The notes beneath the pieces were generated by a model, which was not told the origin of the DNA, did not search any database, and was given only the letters and a program-made list of their open reading frames with translations. The position numbers and the translations under genes were made by a program. A stretch of DNA of 63,702 nt, the filler included, from Octopus bimaculoides (Eukaryota): assembly GCF_001194135.2 (NCBI RefSeq). It is 9 parts of 8 records of this genome, joined end to end, with 100 filler letters (N's around TTAATTAATTAA, not from the genome) between each part and the next. Parts side by side here need not be neighbours in the genome. Positions count along the whole stretch, not along the records: positions 34,635 to 45,485 come from NC_069006.1; positions 45,586 to 49,193 come from NC_068992.1; 7 more parts are not named here. One strand, given 5' to 3'. Shown here in pieces: positions 36,490 through 48,860 of the stretch. The stretch's first letter is position 1. Each line of letters starts with the position of its first letter.

Positions 36490-37353
36490 TTGTTTTAGTT
36501 ATTTGACTACAGCCATGCTGGGGCACCACCTTGAAAGGTTTTAGTCAAACAAATCGAGCCCAGGACTTATCTTTAAGCTTAGTACTCACTCTGTGAGTTT
36601 CTTTTGCTGAACTACTAAGTTACAGAGATGTAAACACACCAGCATTGGTTGTTAAGTGGTGGTGGAGGACAAACACAGATACAAAGATATACACACATAG
36701 TTATACATACATACGTATGTACGTATGTACATACATATGTACATACATATGTACATACATACATACATATATATACATATCAGGCACGTGCCGTCAGTAA
36801 TTACTCAGGGTAGGCAGTTGGTGACCTTTATGTAGTGAAACACACTAAAAATAAGTGAAACAGGCATGCAACTGAGTTAAAGGCAGATTTACTTCTGCCT
36901 TTATAGCAGGGGCGAATTATGCCTGCCGTCAATTGTAAATAATGTAAATAATGTACATAATTCCTCATCTCTTAAATATAGAACTGTATTATGTCTACCT
37001 AATCTACAAAAAAAAAATATATATATTGTATTTTATGCATAGTAATCAGTGTAAACTTCATAATTTTATTGAATTAGGTGCATATTTTGTCATGAAAGGA
37101 AAATGTTGCTATCGATTTATTTTATTGAAGGTAGGCACTGCCTACCTTGCCTACCTAGGTGGCATGTCCCTAATACATATATATATATATATATATATAT
37201 ACAACAGGCTTCTTTCACTTTCCATCTACCAAATCTACTTAGAGCTTTGGTTGGCCCAAGGTTATAGTAGAGGACACTAATCTAAGATGACATATAGTGG
37301 GACTGAACCCAGAACTATGTGGTTGGGAAGCAAGCTTCTTACCAAACAGCCAC
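36490..37353 (-). mobile_element. SINE family 1, full copy interrupted by a hAT MITE
   Basis: 3' half at 36490-36690 and 5' half at 37201-37353 (CAGGCTTCTTTCACTTTCCATCTACC..GTGGTTGGGAAGCAAGCTTCTTACC). Confidence 0.8.
36781..37172. mobile_element. hAT-like MITE with 8-bp TSD
   Basis: TSD ATACATAT at 36773-36780 and 37173-37180. Termini CAGGCACGTGCC and (reverse complement) TAGGGACATGCC, with subterminal GGTAGGCAGT on both ends. Confidence 0.8.
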
Positions 37354-37549
37354 CTGTTTTATGTTCAAACTGGCCAGATCTGGCCTCTCACACCTACCTT
37401 ACTATGTCGTACCCATAATTTCACATCATTGAAATCTCAAAACTATTATATGATGATGCCTGATTGATTCAAAACAGTGGGGAATAAATAAGCATTACAT
37501 TTGACAGAATAGTCTGAATACTAAAGGGCTAAACATATTGTCTTTTATC

Positions 37550-37875
37550 TATGACTTGTTTCAGCCATTGGACTGTGGTGATGCCTTGAAAGGTTTAGTT
37601 GAACACATCGACCTCAGTACATACTTTTAGGTCTCTTTTGCTGAACTTTTGAGTTTGGGCATAAACCAACACCTGTTGTCAAGTGTAGTGGGATACACAT
37701 ACACAAACACAAACACAACAGGCTTCCACACAGTTTCCATTTGCCAAATTCACTTGCAAGGTATTGGTTGACCCAAGGCTATGGTAAGAGGTACTTGCCA
37801 AGGTGCTGCTGTGCAGTGGGACTGAACCTGAGACCACGTAGTTGCGAGGTAAGCCTCTTCACCACACAGCCATAT
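37550..37875 (-). mobile_element. SINE family 1, diverged full copy
   Basis: Both halves recognisable (TTGTTTCAGCCATTGGACTGTGG..; CAGTGGGACTGAACCTGAGACCAC..CACCACACAGCCA). Confidence 0.7.
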
Positions 37876-38252
37876 CGGTGCCTGGCGAACAAGAAAACTC
37901 TCCCCAACTGGACAAACCCTTAATGTCACTCACAAGTCAGATGAGGAAGATGTCTTTTGTATGATCTATTTCTTCTCTCTCCTTAGTCTCCTCCCATTTT
38001 TAAACATAAAATATATGAAAATAAAAAGACAAAACAAATAAAATTGTGTCCTGTTAAATTGGTTATCTTCGTTAGCAATCAATGTATTTTGTGTTAATTT
38101 CCGAAAGTGAATCAATCTTTATTTTTAACTGACAACACGCTCAACAATTATAATTGATTTTCTGCTGATTAAATAAACAGGTTGACTAAACTTTTGATTT
38201 GACAAATTACTCAAGTTTTATAACTAAACATGTTTCTCAGTGTGTGTGTGTT

Positions 38253-38287
<35 letters not shown>

Positions 38288-38627
38288 GTGTATGTGTGTG
38301 TACATATATACATACACTCACACATACATATATAACATATATAAATACATACATGCACACATCACACTCTCTTTCTCTGTATATATATGCACACATTTAC
38401 ACATCACTGTGTGTGTGTGTGTGTGTGTATACACATATATACACACACACATGTACACATATGTGTGTGTGGTATGTGTATGTAATGTGTGTGTGTATAA
38501 AACAATGCACATATACATACATATGTATATAACATATATAATTACATACGTACATGCATGTACCTACACACACACATACATACATGAACATACAGACATA
38601 TATATGAACATACATACATATATATGA

Positions 38628-38682
<55 letters not shown>

Positions 38683-39146
38683 AAACAATTATTACACAAC
38701 AAAAGGTAGCATGTCAAGGTAACTTGTCTTTTCAAAATTACAATTGTCTTCGTTTATTTCTGTACTTCCCTGAAAATTGTTAGCAATTAAAAAAGATTTG
38801 CAATTAAATTTGCAACAAGGTGAGAAATAATTAAATTGTTTGAGCTTTACGTCGTCACTCAGGTTATATAACATCTACTGAAGTAATGTTTGTGGTTGAT
38901 GTTGTTGCTGCTGTTGCTGTTGTAGTTGTTGTTCTGCACATGTTGTTTGAGCGGTTAATGAAGTTTATAACGAAAGCAAAAAAAAAAAAAAGAAGTTATG
39001 CAATTAAATCCTAATTTGGTAAATTATATACCCCACAGGGGTTGTCAGCCACTAATTGAAGTTTTATGTATGTGTGTATGGATGTGTATGGTCTGTATGT
39101 GTGTATGGATGTCATACAAACATACATATGTATGCATGTGTATATA

Positions 39147-39204
<58 letters not shown>

Positions 39205-39366
39205 TACATATACATATGTATACATGTGCATGTGTATGTATATACATATATACATACAGGCACACCTATTCAAACATAAGACAAAAGTCAAAATTTAAAG
39301 AACCTCTCTCTCTCTCTCTCTGTGTTTGTGTGTATGTATGTATATATGTGTGTGTGTGTGTGTGTG

Positions 39367-39420
<54 letters not shown>

Positions 39421-39472
39421 AGTATGCACACATACATATACATCTCAACTGTGTATTCTTTCAATATATTAC

Positions 39473-40635
39473 TATTTGGTTGGAAAGAAAGACTTGTTGC
39501 GTTTCAAGAGGGGAAAGAAACAAACACTTAATATACTATTTCTCTTCATTTTTGATAGCATAATCCCATCTCTTTGGCAAATTGTCGATCCTTTGGGCAT
39601 AAAATTCTTCAGATTTTGAAGCAAAGAAACACACAATATCATATTAAATGTCTTATAAATTGCTTTTCTCTCAAAATAATGTTGCAATGAAAATGAAAAG
39701 ATAATAGTTAGATGGAGAAAGGTGAAGAGATTCATGTGGATGGGGCAAAACTTTCATATTTTGTACTATAATCTTTTCCCCAAGTGACTTCGGCAATAAA
39801 TTGTCTTGCATTATCATATTAGAAAAACACCTTTTTATAATTGACCAAAGGTGAATGATATTCTGCAAATTTTTGTGCAACACTTAACGCTAATTAATGT
39901 CAATACTTCTCCATATTAACCGTTTTCTTTTTGTTTAAGACTTCACGATAGATAATACCATTCATATCCCACTAAATGCAGAGCATAAATGTTTTTCTGA
40001 GTGTAGTTTGGTTTGGGAATGGATTCTCCTTTTACTTTAGGTGTTAACCATTGTCATTTTCATTGGACATAATCATAGAGAATCCACTTTAACATCACTG
40101 TGATGATTCTACCCAGGAATTGTTTGACAGTCAGTCTTCAATGATGAGCTGAGGGTGACTCTTTTGATTAACCTGAGAAGCAATGAGATGACGAGAGAAC
40201 CACTGACCAAATCAGGACACATTCCTAGATCATGAAGGTGTTTCATGATTAAAGTGTGCCTTGAATTTAACTGTTTTGCTAATTCTTGTGCAGTTTGCTT
40301 TGAGTTTTCTGAGGGTCAATATTGACAGAACTTAGTCATCCAGATTGAGGGCATTCGGCAAGAAATAAATTTCCTAAAACTGGTCAAACCATTGTTGGCA
40401 TATTCAGACACTTAAAGTTTCATTTCCACTGACGGAACAAATATTTCTTGCCACTTCCATTCCTGAAAAGCTCCTTTCGAATTTATGTAGCGTGCAGTGT
40501 CTGATATGGCTCTGATCTAAACTCATTTTAAAAGAGTAAAATCGATACAGTTTTAACCACTATGGTATAAAGTAATTTGCAAAGAAAGCGAAAAATGTTA
40601 GAATGGAAAAGTTAAAGCTTATTTTACAACAAGTA
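39473..40635 (-). mobile_element. mariner-family transposon, decayed full-length remnant
   Basis: ATG at 40526: MSLDQSHIRHCTLHKF..ARNICSV..CQQWF; then FLGRIIT..KWILYD; YDNAR; EKI..KVLPHPHES.HLSPSNYYLF..SLQHYFE. Degenerate TIR TATTTGGTTGGAAAG at 39473. Confidence 0.75.
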
Positions 40636-40824
40636 TTGAAAAATTGCCATCAAAGTGACTGTGTGAAAAATGCAACAGGACTTTTTGTCAAATCTAATAT
40701 ATGCCTTAATGTATCTATGCATAAATACACGCACGCAGACGCATGCGCGCGTGCGCGCGTGCACGCACACACACATACACACACACACACACACACATCT
40801 GTATATAAATATATATATATAAAA

Positions 40825-40916
40825 TCGTTGTCGTCGTTTAACGTCTGCATTCCATGCTGGCATGGGTGGGACGGTTTGACTGAGGACTGGTGAGCCAGAA
40901 GGTTGCACCAGGCTCC
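40825..40916. mobile_element. SINE-like repeat family 3 (truncated by the hairpin at 40917)
   Basis: TTTAACGTCTGCATTCCATGCTGGCATGGG..GCACCAGGCTCC matches 53330-53411. Confidence 0.7.
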
Positions 40917-41000
40917 AAAGCAGCAAAAATATCACAAAAGCTGTTACTCAGAGTTCCACATTCCCGTGAGTAACAGTTTTTGTGATATTTTTGCTGCTTT
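40917..41000. repeat. Inverted repeat, 34-bp arms with 16-nt loop
   Basis: 40917-40950 versus 40967-41000: 33/34 complementary; the one difference is a G-U wobble on the plus strand. Confidence 0.95.
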
Positions 41001-41039
41001 TTAATAAAGTATATTACTCTACCTCTGGTATTCGAGTAC

Positions 41040-41358
41040 AGGTGCCATCACGATTTTGCTTTCGCTTGCCCCAACAGGTCTTCACAAGCCGAGTTTCATA
41101 TCCTGCATAGGAGCCAGTCCAGCGGAACTGGCAACAATCTCACTCGAATGTCTTTGCACGTGCCACTGGCACAAGTGCCAGGAAGGCGACACTGGGCACA
41201 AGTGCCATCACAATTTCACTTTTGCTTGCCCCAATAAGTCTTCGCAAGCTGAGTTTCGTGTCCAATGAGGGAGACGACGTTGGCATGGGTGCCAGTCATC
41301 GAATTTAGTTCGATTTCGATTCTGATTTCACTTGCCTCAACAGGTATTCGCAAGTGGA
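41040..41358 (-). mobile_element. Three iterated RTE 3'-end motifs
   Basis: ..CTTGCCYCAAYARGT.TTCRCAAG.. at about 41064, 41223 and 41330 matches the 3' terminus of the RTE element at 52105-52170. Confidence 0.65.
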
Positions 41359-42476
41359 NNNNNNNNNNNNNNNNNNNNNNNNNNNNNNNNNNNNNNNNNN
41401 NNNNNNNNNNNNNNNNNNNNNNNNNNNNNNNNNNNNNNNNNNNNNNNNNNNNNNNNNNNNNNNNNNNNNNNNNNNNNNNNNNNNNNNNNNNNNNNNNNNN
41501 NNNNNNNNNNNNNNNNNNNNNNNNNNNNNNNNNNNNNNNNNNNNNNNNNNNNNNNNNNNNNNNNNNNNNNNNNNNNNNNNNNNNNNNNNNNNNNNNNNNN
41601 NNNNNNNNNNNNNNNNNNNNNNNNNNNNNNNNNNNNNNNNNNNNNNNNNNNNNNNNNNNNNNNNNNNNNNNNNNNNNNNNNNNNNNNNNNNNNNNNNNNN
41701 NNNNNNNNNNNNNNNNNNNNNNNNNNNNNNNNNNNNNNNNNNATATATATACACACACATACATACATACATATATCTTATACACACATTCAACACATAA
41801 ACATACATACAATCTACTGGTGTTGTGAACCAGCTGTTGCTAACAGTCTTTTGCAAATGAAGACAAGTTTCTTGAACGTGAAATGTTATTACTAATCAAA
41901 CACCAACTCACAGTTTAAGAGAAAAGAAAGTAGACAAATGAAAGAGAAGTTTCTTTGAGGTTTCTCATTTCCTCCACTAGGATATCATTAACGTTTCCAT
42001 GTAGGTAATTAATCATTTATTAAAGAAATGTGTTGATGACTCTGATTGTATTATTACTAATTAGGTGCAAAATACTATTTGAAAAAAATAAAATTATATC
42101 ATAAAATCAAAAAGAAATTAGATATGAAAAGGAATTTTGGTCTTTGTTGGTTATTTCAAGTATTCAAAGAATATAGAACCAGGAAAAGCGTATACAAATA
42201 CATACGTATATATAGTCACACACACACACATACACACACACATACAGTCGTTCATTTGTATATATAAAAACACATACATGTGTGTGTATGTACACATTTA
42301 AATGCATGCATACGTACACATATAGGTATGTGTGTAAAGGTGTGTGTGCATGTACATATGCTATTTAGCAATGTGCAGTCATGCTATTATTTTCACAAAA
42401 CAATAGAGTATGTTCATTTCATTGAAAACTCCTGCACGTGCCTTTGTGTGTGCATGCATGAGTGTGTGTATGTGCA

Positions 42477-42511
<35 letters not shown>

Positions 42512-42964
42512 GTATGCAGATTGTGTGTGTGTGTGTGTGTGCACATGTATGTATGTGTATGTGTTTCGTTTTCTGAAACTTGAAAACCTATACAGCAGTG
42601 TTTCTTTCTCCTTTAAGATTCGTTGCTCACTATTGTAGTGTGCTGACATGACAACAACAAAGATGACTGATGGTTTAATGATAGATAAGATAGGGTCCAT
42701 TTTATGTTGTGATTGAAATAATTAAACTCATTGAGTTATGAATATGGGTTCCTCAACATTCCCCAAAATCTTTAATTTAGAATCTGCTGCCATTAAAAAA
42801 ATGTCAGTTACTTCCATTTCATATTCTTAAAACAAGAAATCTCTCTTCTCTTATTATCTAACACAGACATATAAAACAATACAGTTATATGGTTTAGATA
42901 AGGTTTCCTGCTTTTTCTTTGAGTCTGAACTTATTAATCATCACTTTTTTACCATAAATCTTGA

Positions 42965-43170
42965 GATCATCATCATCCTCATCATTTGGCATCCATATTC
43001 CATGCTGGCAAGGGTCGGATGGTTTGAAAGGGTCTGATGGGTCCAAAGATTGCTTCATATCTCCAGTGTCTTTTTTGGATGGATGCCCTTCTTAATGCCA
43101 ACCACTTTACAGCATGTACCGGGTGCTTTTTTCATGGCACCACCACTAATGAGGTTGCCATGCAGCTCAT
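42965..43170. mobile_element. SINE-like repeat family 3, diverged
   Basis: (CAT)n start, TTCCATGCTGGCA, GGATGCCCTTCTTAATGCCAACCAC shared with 53318-53475. Confidence 0.65.
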
Positions 43171-43749
43171 AAGACTATACTATTAACCCTGACAGTGAGG
43201 AACAATTTCGTGTTAGGAGAATGAGGAGTAGAAATAGGTAAAGTATGAAAGATAAGGGTCAGAACAGAACAGGTTATTTGTTTTAGAAATAGAAAAAGAG
43301 AAGAATAAGGAAGCATGGGAGTGAGTGAGTTATTGAGGTAGTGAAAATAATAGAGAGTAAGGTTGTGAGGGTATATGAGTATGGATAGGAAGAGACAACT
43401 GTTCAAATATACAACAGGCAGTTGTGAAAAATTCTCAGTTATGGACAATATCTATATGACCTTGAACTGCAGAAAAAAAAAAAAAAGATTATCACATGAG
43501 AGAGTCTATGCTTGATGTGAATTGGAGAAATGAAGAAATGCTGCAAAGCAAGAGGATGAAATATAACAAGAAACAAAATCAGGGCTTGAAGTAAAAAGGA
43601 TGAGAATAACTGAAAGAAGTTAGAATGAAAGATAGGAAAAAGAAATGGAGCAAAACTTGAAAAATTAAGATTGACAGTTGTTGAATGGTGATAAGAAATT
43701 ATAATGTTTGATATTGGCCATAAATGTTCAGTTTACCTACCCTTGATTT

Positions 43750-44050
43750 AATGTGCCCTCGACTTAATGTTAAAGTGGTTGAGTATTCCACAGATACATA
43801 CACTCTTAATGTAATTGTCAGGTGGAATCATTGGGACACAGTGTATGAAAGGACTGGACCTTTGAGTTACAAGTACCTTTGAATTACAACCCATCTGGGT
43901 TTCTATACAATTTCCATTAACCAATTTCATTCACAAAGTACTGGTCAACTGAAGACTATAGAAAATGACCCTTGCCCAAAGTACCACACAGTAAGATTGA
44001 AATCAGGCCCTCATCATTGCAAAGGGAACTGCTTAACCATTTGACCATAC
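43750..44050 (-). mobile_element. SINE related to family 2, diverged
   Basis: AAGTGGTTGAGTATTCCACAGATAC..GACACAGTGTATGAAAGGACTGGACC parallels 6244-6330. Confidence 0.5.
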
Positions 44051-44089
44051 TCCACCTGTATTAGTAATATTATATACACATGAAATATG

Positions 44090-44233
44090 GGGCATGCATG
44101 TCTGTGTGGCTAAGAAGCTTGCCTTGCAATCATATGATTTTGGGTTCAGTCCCAGTGAGTGCTTCTACTATGTTCCCAGGCTGACCAATGCTTTGTGAGT
44201 GAATTTGGTAGACAAAAACTGTGTGGAGGCTTG

Positions 44234-44236
<3 letters not shown>
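44090..44236 (+). mobile_element. SINE family 1, diverged 5' half ending in (GT)n
   Basis: GTGTGGCTAAGAAGCTTGCC..GGGTTCAGTCCCA..TTTGTGAGTGAATTTGGTAGAC. Confidence 0.7.
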
Positions 44237-44272
<36 letters not shown>

Positions 44273-44273
<1 letters not shown>

Positions 44274-44407
44274 ATATTTAGCAGAAGCAACAGAGTGACT
44301 CAAGGACTGAGAATTTCATGTGTTAGCATTTATCAAACACCAAGTGATAAGTGCTAACACATGAAACTCTCAACCTTTGAGTCACTCTATTGCTTCTGTT
44401 AAATATT
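44273..44407. repeat. Inverted repeat, 63-bp arms, 9-nt loop
   Basis: 44273-44335 versus 44345-44407: 7 mismatches counted, all transitions. Confidence 0.9.
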
Positions 44408-44436
44408 TATAAAAATACATATGCTCATAAAGTTAA

Positions 44437-44634
44437 AGAAGTGATTTTAAATTCTCAATCGCAGGATAATGCTAATAATATAGCCTGAACAGGATAAACT
44501 ACCCCTATTTTGCAGAAAAAAGTGTAGGTAAGCTAACCACCTAGACTTTTTTCTGCAAAATAGGGGTAGTTTATCCTGTTCAGGCTATATTATTAGCATT
44601 ATCCTGCGATTGAGAATTTAAAAAAATCACTTCT
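44437..44634. repeat. Inverted repeat with 79-bp perfect core
   Basis: 44445-44523 is the exact reverse complement of 44545-44623; pairing extends outward (AGAAGTGA/TCACTTCT) and inward (TAGGT/ACCTA) around a 9-nt loop. Confidence 0.95.
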
Positions 44635-44997
44635 GTAACTTTCTAAGACGTCTCAACGCTTCTAAAAATGAACTTCGTTTGTTTGTTTATGTTTATCGTA
44701 ATTTGAATTTAACATATACTCATGTTTTGAGCTCTATTTTTCCTGTCCGCAACACCAAACCTATATATGTCAATGTTGTTGATTGTGTTTTAGTTAAAAC
44801 TATGGCTTTAAAATCTGCTCAAAATTACTTCTCTTTGGTATTGCTCATTGACAATGGCTAAAGAGCTAGAAACACATCTGGCAATCTGAGAAGGGGCAGC
44901 ACTGGGCAAACACCATGCTTTTACACCTTTCTACCATAAGAGAGAATTTTTTCTCCATGGTAACTGCAGTGAATTTGCTTTTAAAAGTTGCACTATG

Positions 44998-45428
44998 GCA
45001 CAGGGGTGGCTGTGTGATAAGTAGCTAGGCGCCTGAGTGGCTGTGTGGTAAGTAGCTTGCTTACCAACCACATGGTTCTGGGTTCAGTCCCACTGCATGG
45101 CACCTTGGGCAAGTGTCTTCTACTATAGCCTCGGGCCAACCAAATCTTTGCGAGTGGATTTGGTAGACGGAAACTGAAAGAAGCCTGTTGTATATATATA
45201 TGTATATATATATATGTCTGTGTGTATTTGTGTGTCTGTGTTTGTCCCGCCAACATCGCTTGACAACCAGTGCTGGTGTGTTTACGTCCCCGTAACTTAG
45301 CGGTTCGGCAAAAGAGACCGATAGAATAAGTACTAGGCTTCCAAAGAATAAGTCCTGGGGTCGATTTGCTTGACCAATGGCGGTGCTCCAGCATAGCCGC
45401 AGTCAAATGACTGAAACAAGTAAAAGAG
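44998..45428 (+). mobile_element. SINE family 1, best full-length copy, with duplicated 5' head
   Basis: GTGGCTGTGTGRTAAGTAGCT occurs twice. A-box-like TGGCTGTGTGG, B-box-like GGGTTCAGTCC, CCTTGGGCAAG motif, central (TA)n, 3' tail ending GTAAAAGAG. Confidence 0.9.
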
Positions 45429-45585
45429 TATATGTCACAAGCCTATTTTAATTAACTTAAAGCTTGCATATATATATACAGGGCCNNNNNNNNNNNNNNN
45501 NNNNNNNNNNNNNNNNNNNNNNNNNNNNNTTAATTAATTAANNNNNNNNNNNNNNNNNNNNNNNNNNNNNNNNNNNNNNNNNNNN

Positions 45586-45627
<42 letters not shown>

Positions 45628-47247
45628 GAGAGAGAGTGAGATAGAGATAGAGAGAGATTGCGAGTCATAAGCATAAATGTTTACTTAGAAGTATAAATGC
45701 TTATATAAATATATAGAGAGAAATGGAAATAGACTGAGTGAGAAGAGAGAGGTAGCAAGAGGATACAGTCATATGTGGCAGCGAGACGGGAGACAAACTA
45801 CAGGTATTGTTGTCAACAACCATGATATGAGTTTTAAAAGTCATCTCTCTTTAGGAATATTTCGATATCTTTTACAGTGCACTTGTAAATAATCAAGATA
45901 TGGTGTTCCCATAGGATTACATGAAATATATAATGCCGCATTTATTTCATGTCATTTAGTATTGAATAACATATTTAATCATTGACGTGAGATTGAATAA
46001 TGAATATATTTTGCTTCAATTTTTAAGAATTTATTTTCATGAAACATTTTGTTACCACCTTAGGAATTTTAGATCAGCATCTTTTGACAGTCGCGACTTA
46101 TGTAGGGATCATCATGCACACAAGACCATTTCTTGTCGTTTTTTATATTATGGAAAGTTCTTGGTGGAGGGTTACTCAACTATTTTCTTTGATAACCTTA
46201 TGAATCGATGTTAGTAAACACATTTTGAGTGAAAAAACTCCACTGTATATGCTTACTAAATAAACACAGTGCTCCACATGTTACTTTCACTCGCTCATCA
46301 GCCAAATCAAATGAATTTAGGTGCACTTACGATTTTGTAAATGGTGTGCATATAATAACAGTTCCATTTTCTTTAATGTGGACAGCATGGCGTCGTTTCG
46401 GAATATTTGAAAGGGAAGAAGTCTACCTGCTAATAGATGAAAATATTTATAGTGTAATAGTAATCTCGTTGTCACAACTCAACGTCAATATTGGTACGAT
46501 TAGTCTTGTTAATATACTTCTTTTGAAAACCGCATTGTTGCTTTACTCCGAAATTCTTATTGCCGAAAATTCCATCTGCTTAGCAATTTATGCTGTCTCA
46601 TTTGAAAAATGTTACGAATGGTGCTCGAATGCAACAGAACAATCAAGTTTCAGATTTTAATCCTTATTAACCCTCACTGGTGATATTTTGTTGGCCAGTA
46701 TCGCTGTTTTATTTATAAATTTTATCCTTCCTTTTTTTGACACTAAAATCCAGTCCTCTAGCTAAAAATCGCTTCAACCAGAATGGCTATGGCGAGTGAT
46801 GATTCAGAAGTTGTGTTTCTGTTAGTGTTTGCTTACTTCATATGTTCTACATATTGGTCGGTTCTAACACTTCGCTGCTAGCTGACAAAATGAATGCGTA
46901 TTCTTAATGATAATACATTTTCAGGAAACAACTAATATTTGGCAAAAAATCAAAACAAAATATGTAACCATCCCAAAATATAATAATTTTTATATTGACC
47001 GAAATTATATTTTGTAACTATTTGTAAGTTTACTGTTATTATCAGGTAATATAAGCACAATTCTCATTATGATCTATAACCATTTTATTGACATTAAGCT
47101 ACTTCAGTTCGAAAAAATATTTAAGTCAACTCATCTGAAAACAAGTGAAATACGAGTATAGGCTACACTATCAGTAGAAAATGTAATTTCTGGTTCAATG
47201 ATGTATGAAAGTCGCAGTACCAATAAAGATGTGCACTGCAGAATATT

Positions 47248-47533
47248 TCGCTCATATAACATGTTATTTGTTGCTCATATAAGAGATTCCACTCATTTAA
47301 CATCTTAGGTTTCGCTCATGTAGCATCTTCGTCTTCGCTCATAAAACATATAGCATATAGCAACTTAGTTTTCGCTTATATAGCATATTGTGCTCCTAAA
47401 ACATCTCAGTCTCCGCTATTATAACACCTTGGCTTTCGATCATATAACTTCTTGCTTTTCGCTCATACACCATATTTCCCTCATACAACATATTAGTCTT
47501 CGCTCATATAACATATTTCGGCCAAATAACATT
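47248..47533. repeat. Degenerate minisatellite, core TTCGCTCATATAACAT
   Basis: About 13 imperfect units, mostly 18-25 bp apart. Confidence 0.85.
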
Positions 47534-48529
47534 TCACATTCAGATGGTGGCTAAGGCCTGGACAGTCAGATCATGTGACATAATGCACTAAGTAAATATC
47601 CCTATAATCCCTCCTAGTGAGTAAGCGTTTCGCAGGTGTAATTTTTGCTAACTTCGTTGCAGATTTGTTTCTCTTTACTTAGTCTTCCAACAGAGAATAT
47701 GCATCCAAACATGTTTTATGTTCTTAAGAAAGATTATATTTCCTGTATAACAATGCTGGTTGATCTTTTAAATATTTTACACTCCATCAAGTACATACTA
47801 TGTTATATAAAACGAACGGAAATAAATACAACTGAATTTGTTAAAATATAAGCAACGAAATAAATATATTAACTAATGCTGGTTTCCACAGTTTTAAAAA
47901 GAATTAGAACCATTCATCTAGAAGTTAATTTGAAATGATAGAATCCTTTCAGATTAGAGTTCTGTTATCTGTGAAATGCCTATGAGATTGTTAAAGTTTG
48001 TAGACATTACTTAAACATACACGATTATATATATGGTTGTTTATATTTTCGTGTTTATGTTATTTTCCTGTAAAGTATTTATGAGGTCACAGAGTATAAT
48101 ATATAAAAGTAGGTTTACATGTCTGTATATGGAAATAAATACAAAACTCGTCCAAGTAAGTATTAGATACGATGGAAATTAAAAGTGAAAAGCAAAATAT
48201 TTATGTCGAAGGGGGAAAAAAAGCAGACATCTTAGTTTATTTGATTATATGTGTTACAATTGTATTTTGTTTACTTGCACTTGAAATCATATAGAAAAGC
48301 AAGAAAAAAAAAAAAATTCGTATGTGTATGTGTTTGGTCCATTATATGCAGTAAATTGAACGTGTATGTGGTTGTGTGGTAGAGACAGGTGGTCTTTGTG
48401 AGCAGTGCTCGCGTATACAGTGCAGTGTGTGAATATGCAATACCAATCACACAGCATGCCATAGTATAATTATACATGTGTACAAGTTCCTGCAGATATG
48501 TATCTGAGTGTCTTAGTATTCTGAATAAT

Positions 48530-48533
48530 TCTG

Positions 48534-48568
<35 letters not shown>

Positions 48569-48593
48569 GTCAGTCAGTCAGTCAGTCAGTTAG

Positions 48594-48666
<73 letters not shown>

Positions 48667-48860
48667 CTATCTATCTGTCTGTCTTGTCTATCTGTCTGTC
48701 TGTCTGTTTGTCTGCCTGCTGTCTGCCTGTCTGTCTGTCTGCCTGTCTATCTCTCTCTCTATCTATCAATCTGCCTATCTATCTACCTGTCTGTCTGTCT
48801 GTCTGTCTATCTATCTGCTGTCTGTCTGTCTGTCTATCAATCAATCTATCTATCTATCAT
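48530..48860. repeat. Compound tetranucleotide array (ATCA)n(GTCA)n(ATCT)n(GTCT)n
   Basis: Read directly. Confidence 0.95.

Noticed and set aside
38690-38880. Possible small exons (plus-strand 36-nt exon ending CAAG/GTGAGA; minus-strand TGCTAAC branch point plus acceptor)
   Set aside because: Splice-like signals occur on both strands with no recognisable protein homology; expected by chance.
42560-42700. Minus ORF MDPILSIIKPSVIFVVVMSAHYNSEQR..
   Set aside because: No domain recognised, and it runs straight into a (CA)n microsatellite.
46275-46312. CTGATGAGCGAGTGAAAG on minus resembling a hammerhead core
   Set aside because: No viable stem II loop, no stem III or NUH triplet, no stem I.
46229-46660. 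143-aa gap-free ORF
   Set aside because: Starts at GTG, has no recognisable motif, and has no supporting splice or promoter context.
47248-47533. Regularly spaced repeats superficially like a CRISPR array
   Set aside because: Units are degenerate with short related spacers, there are no cas genes, and the context is eukaryotic.
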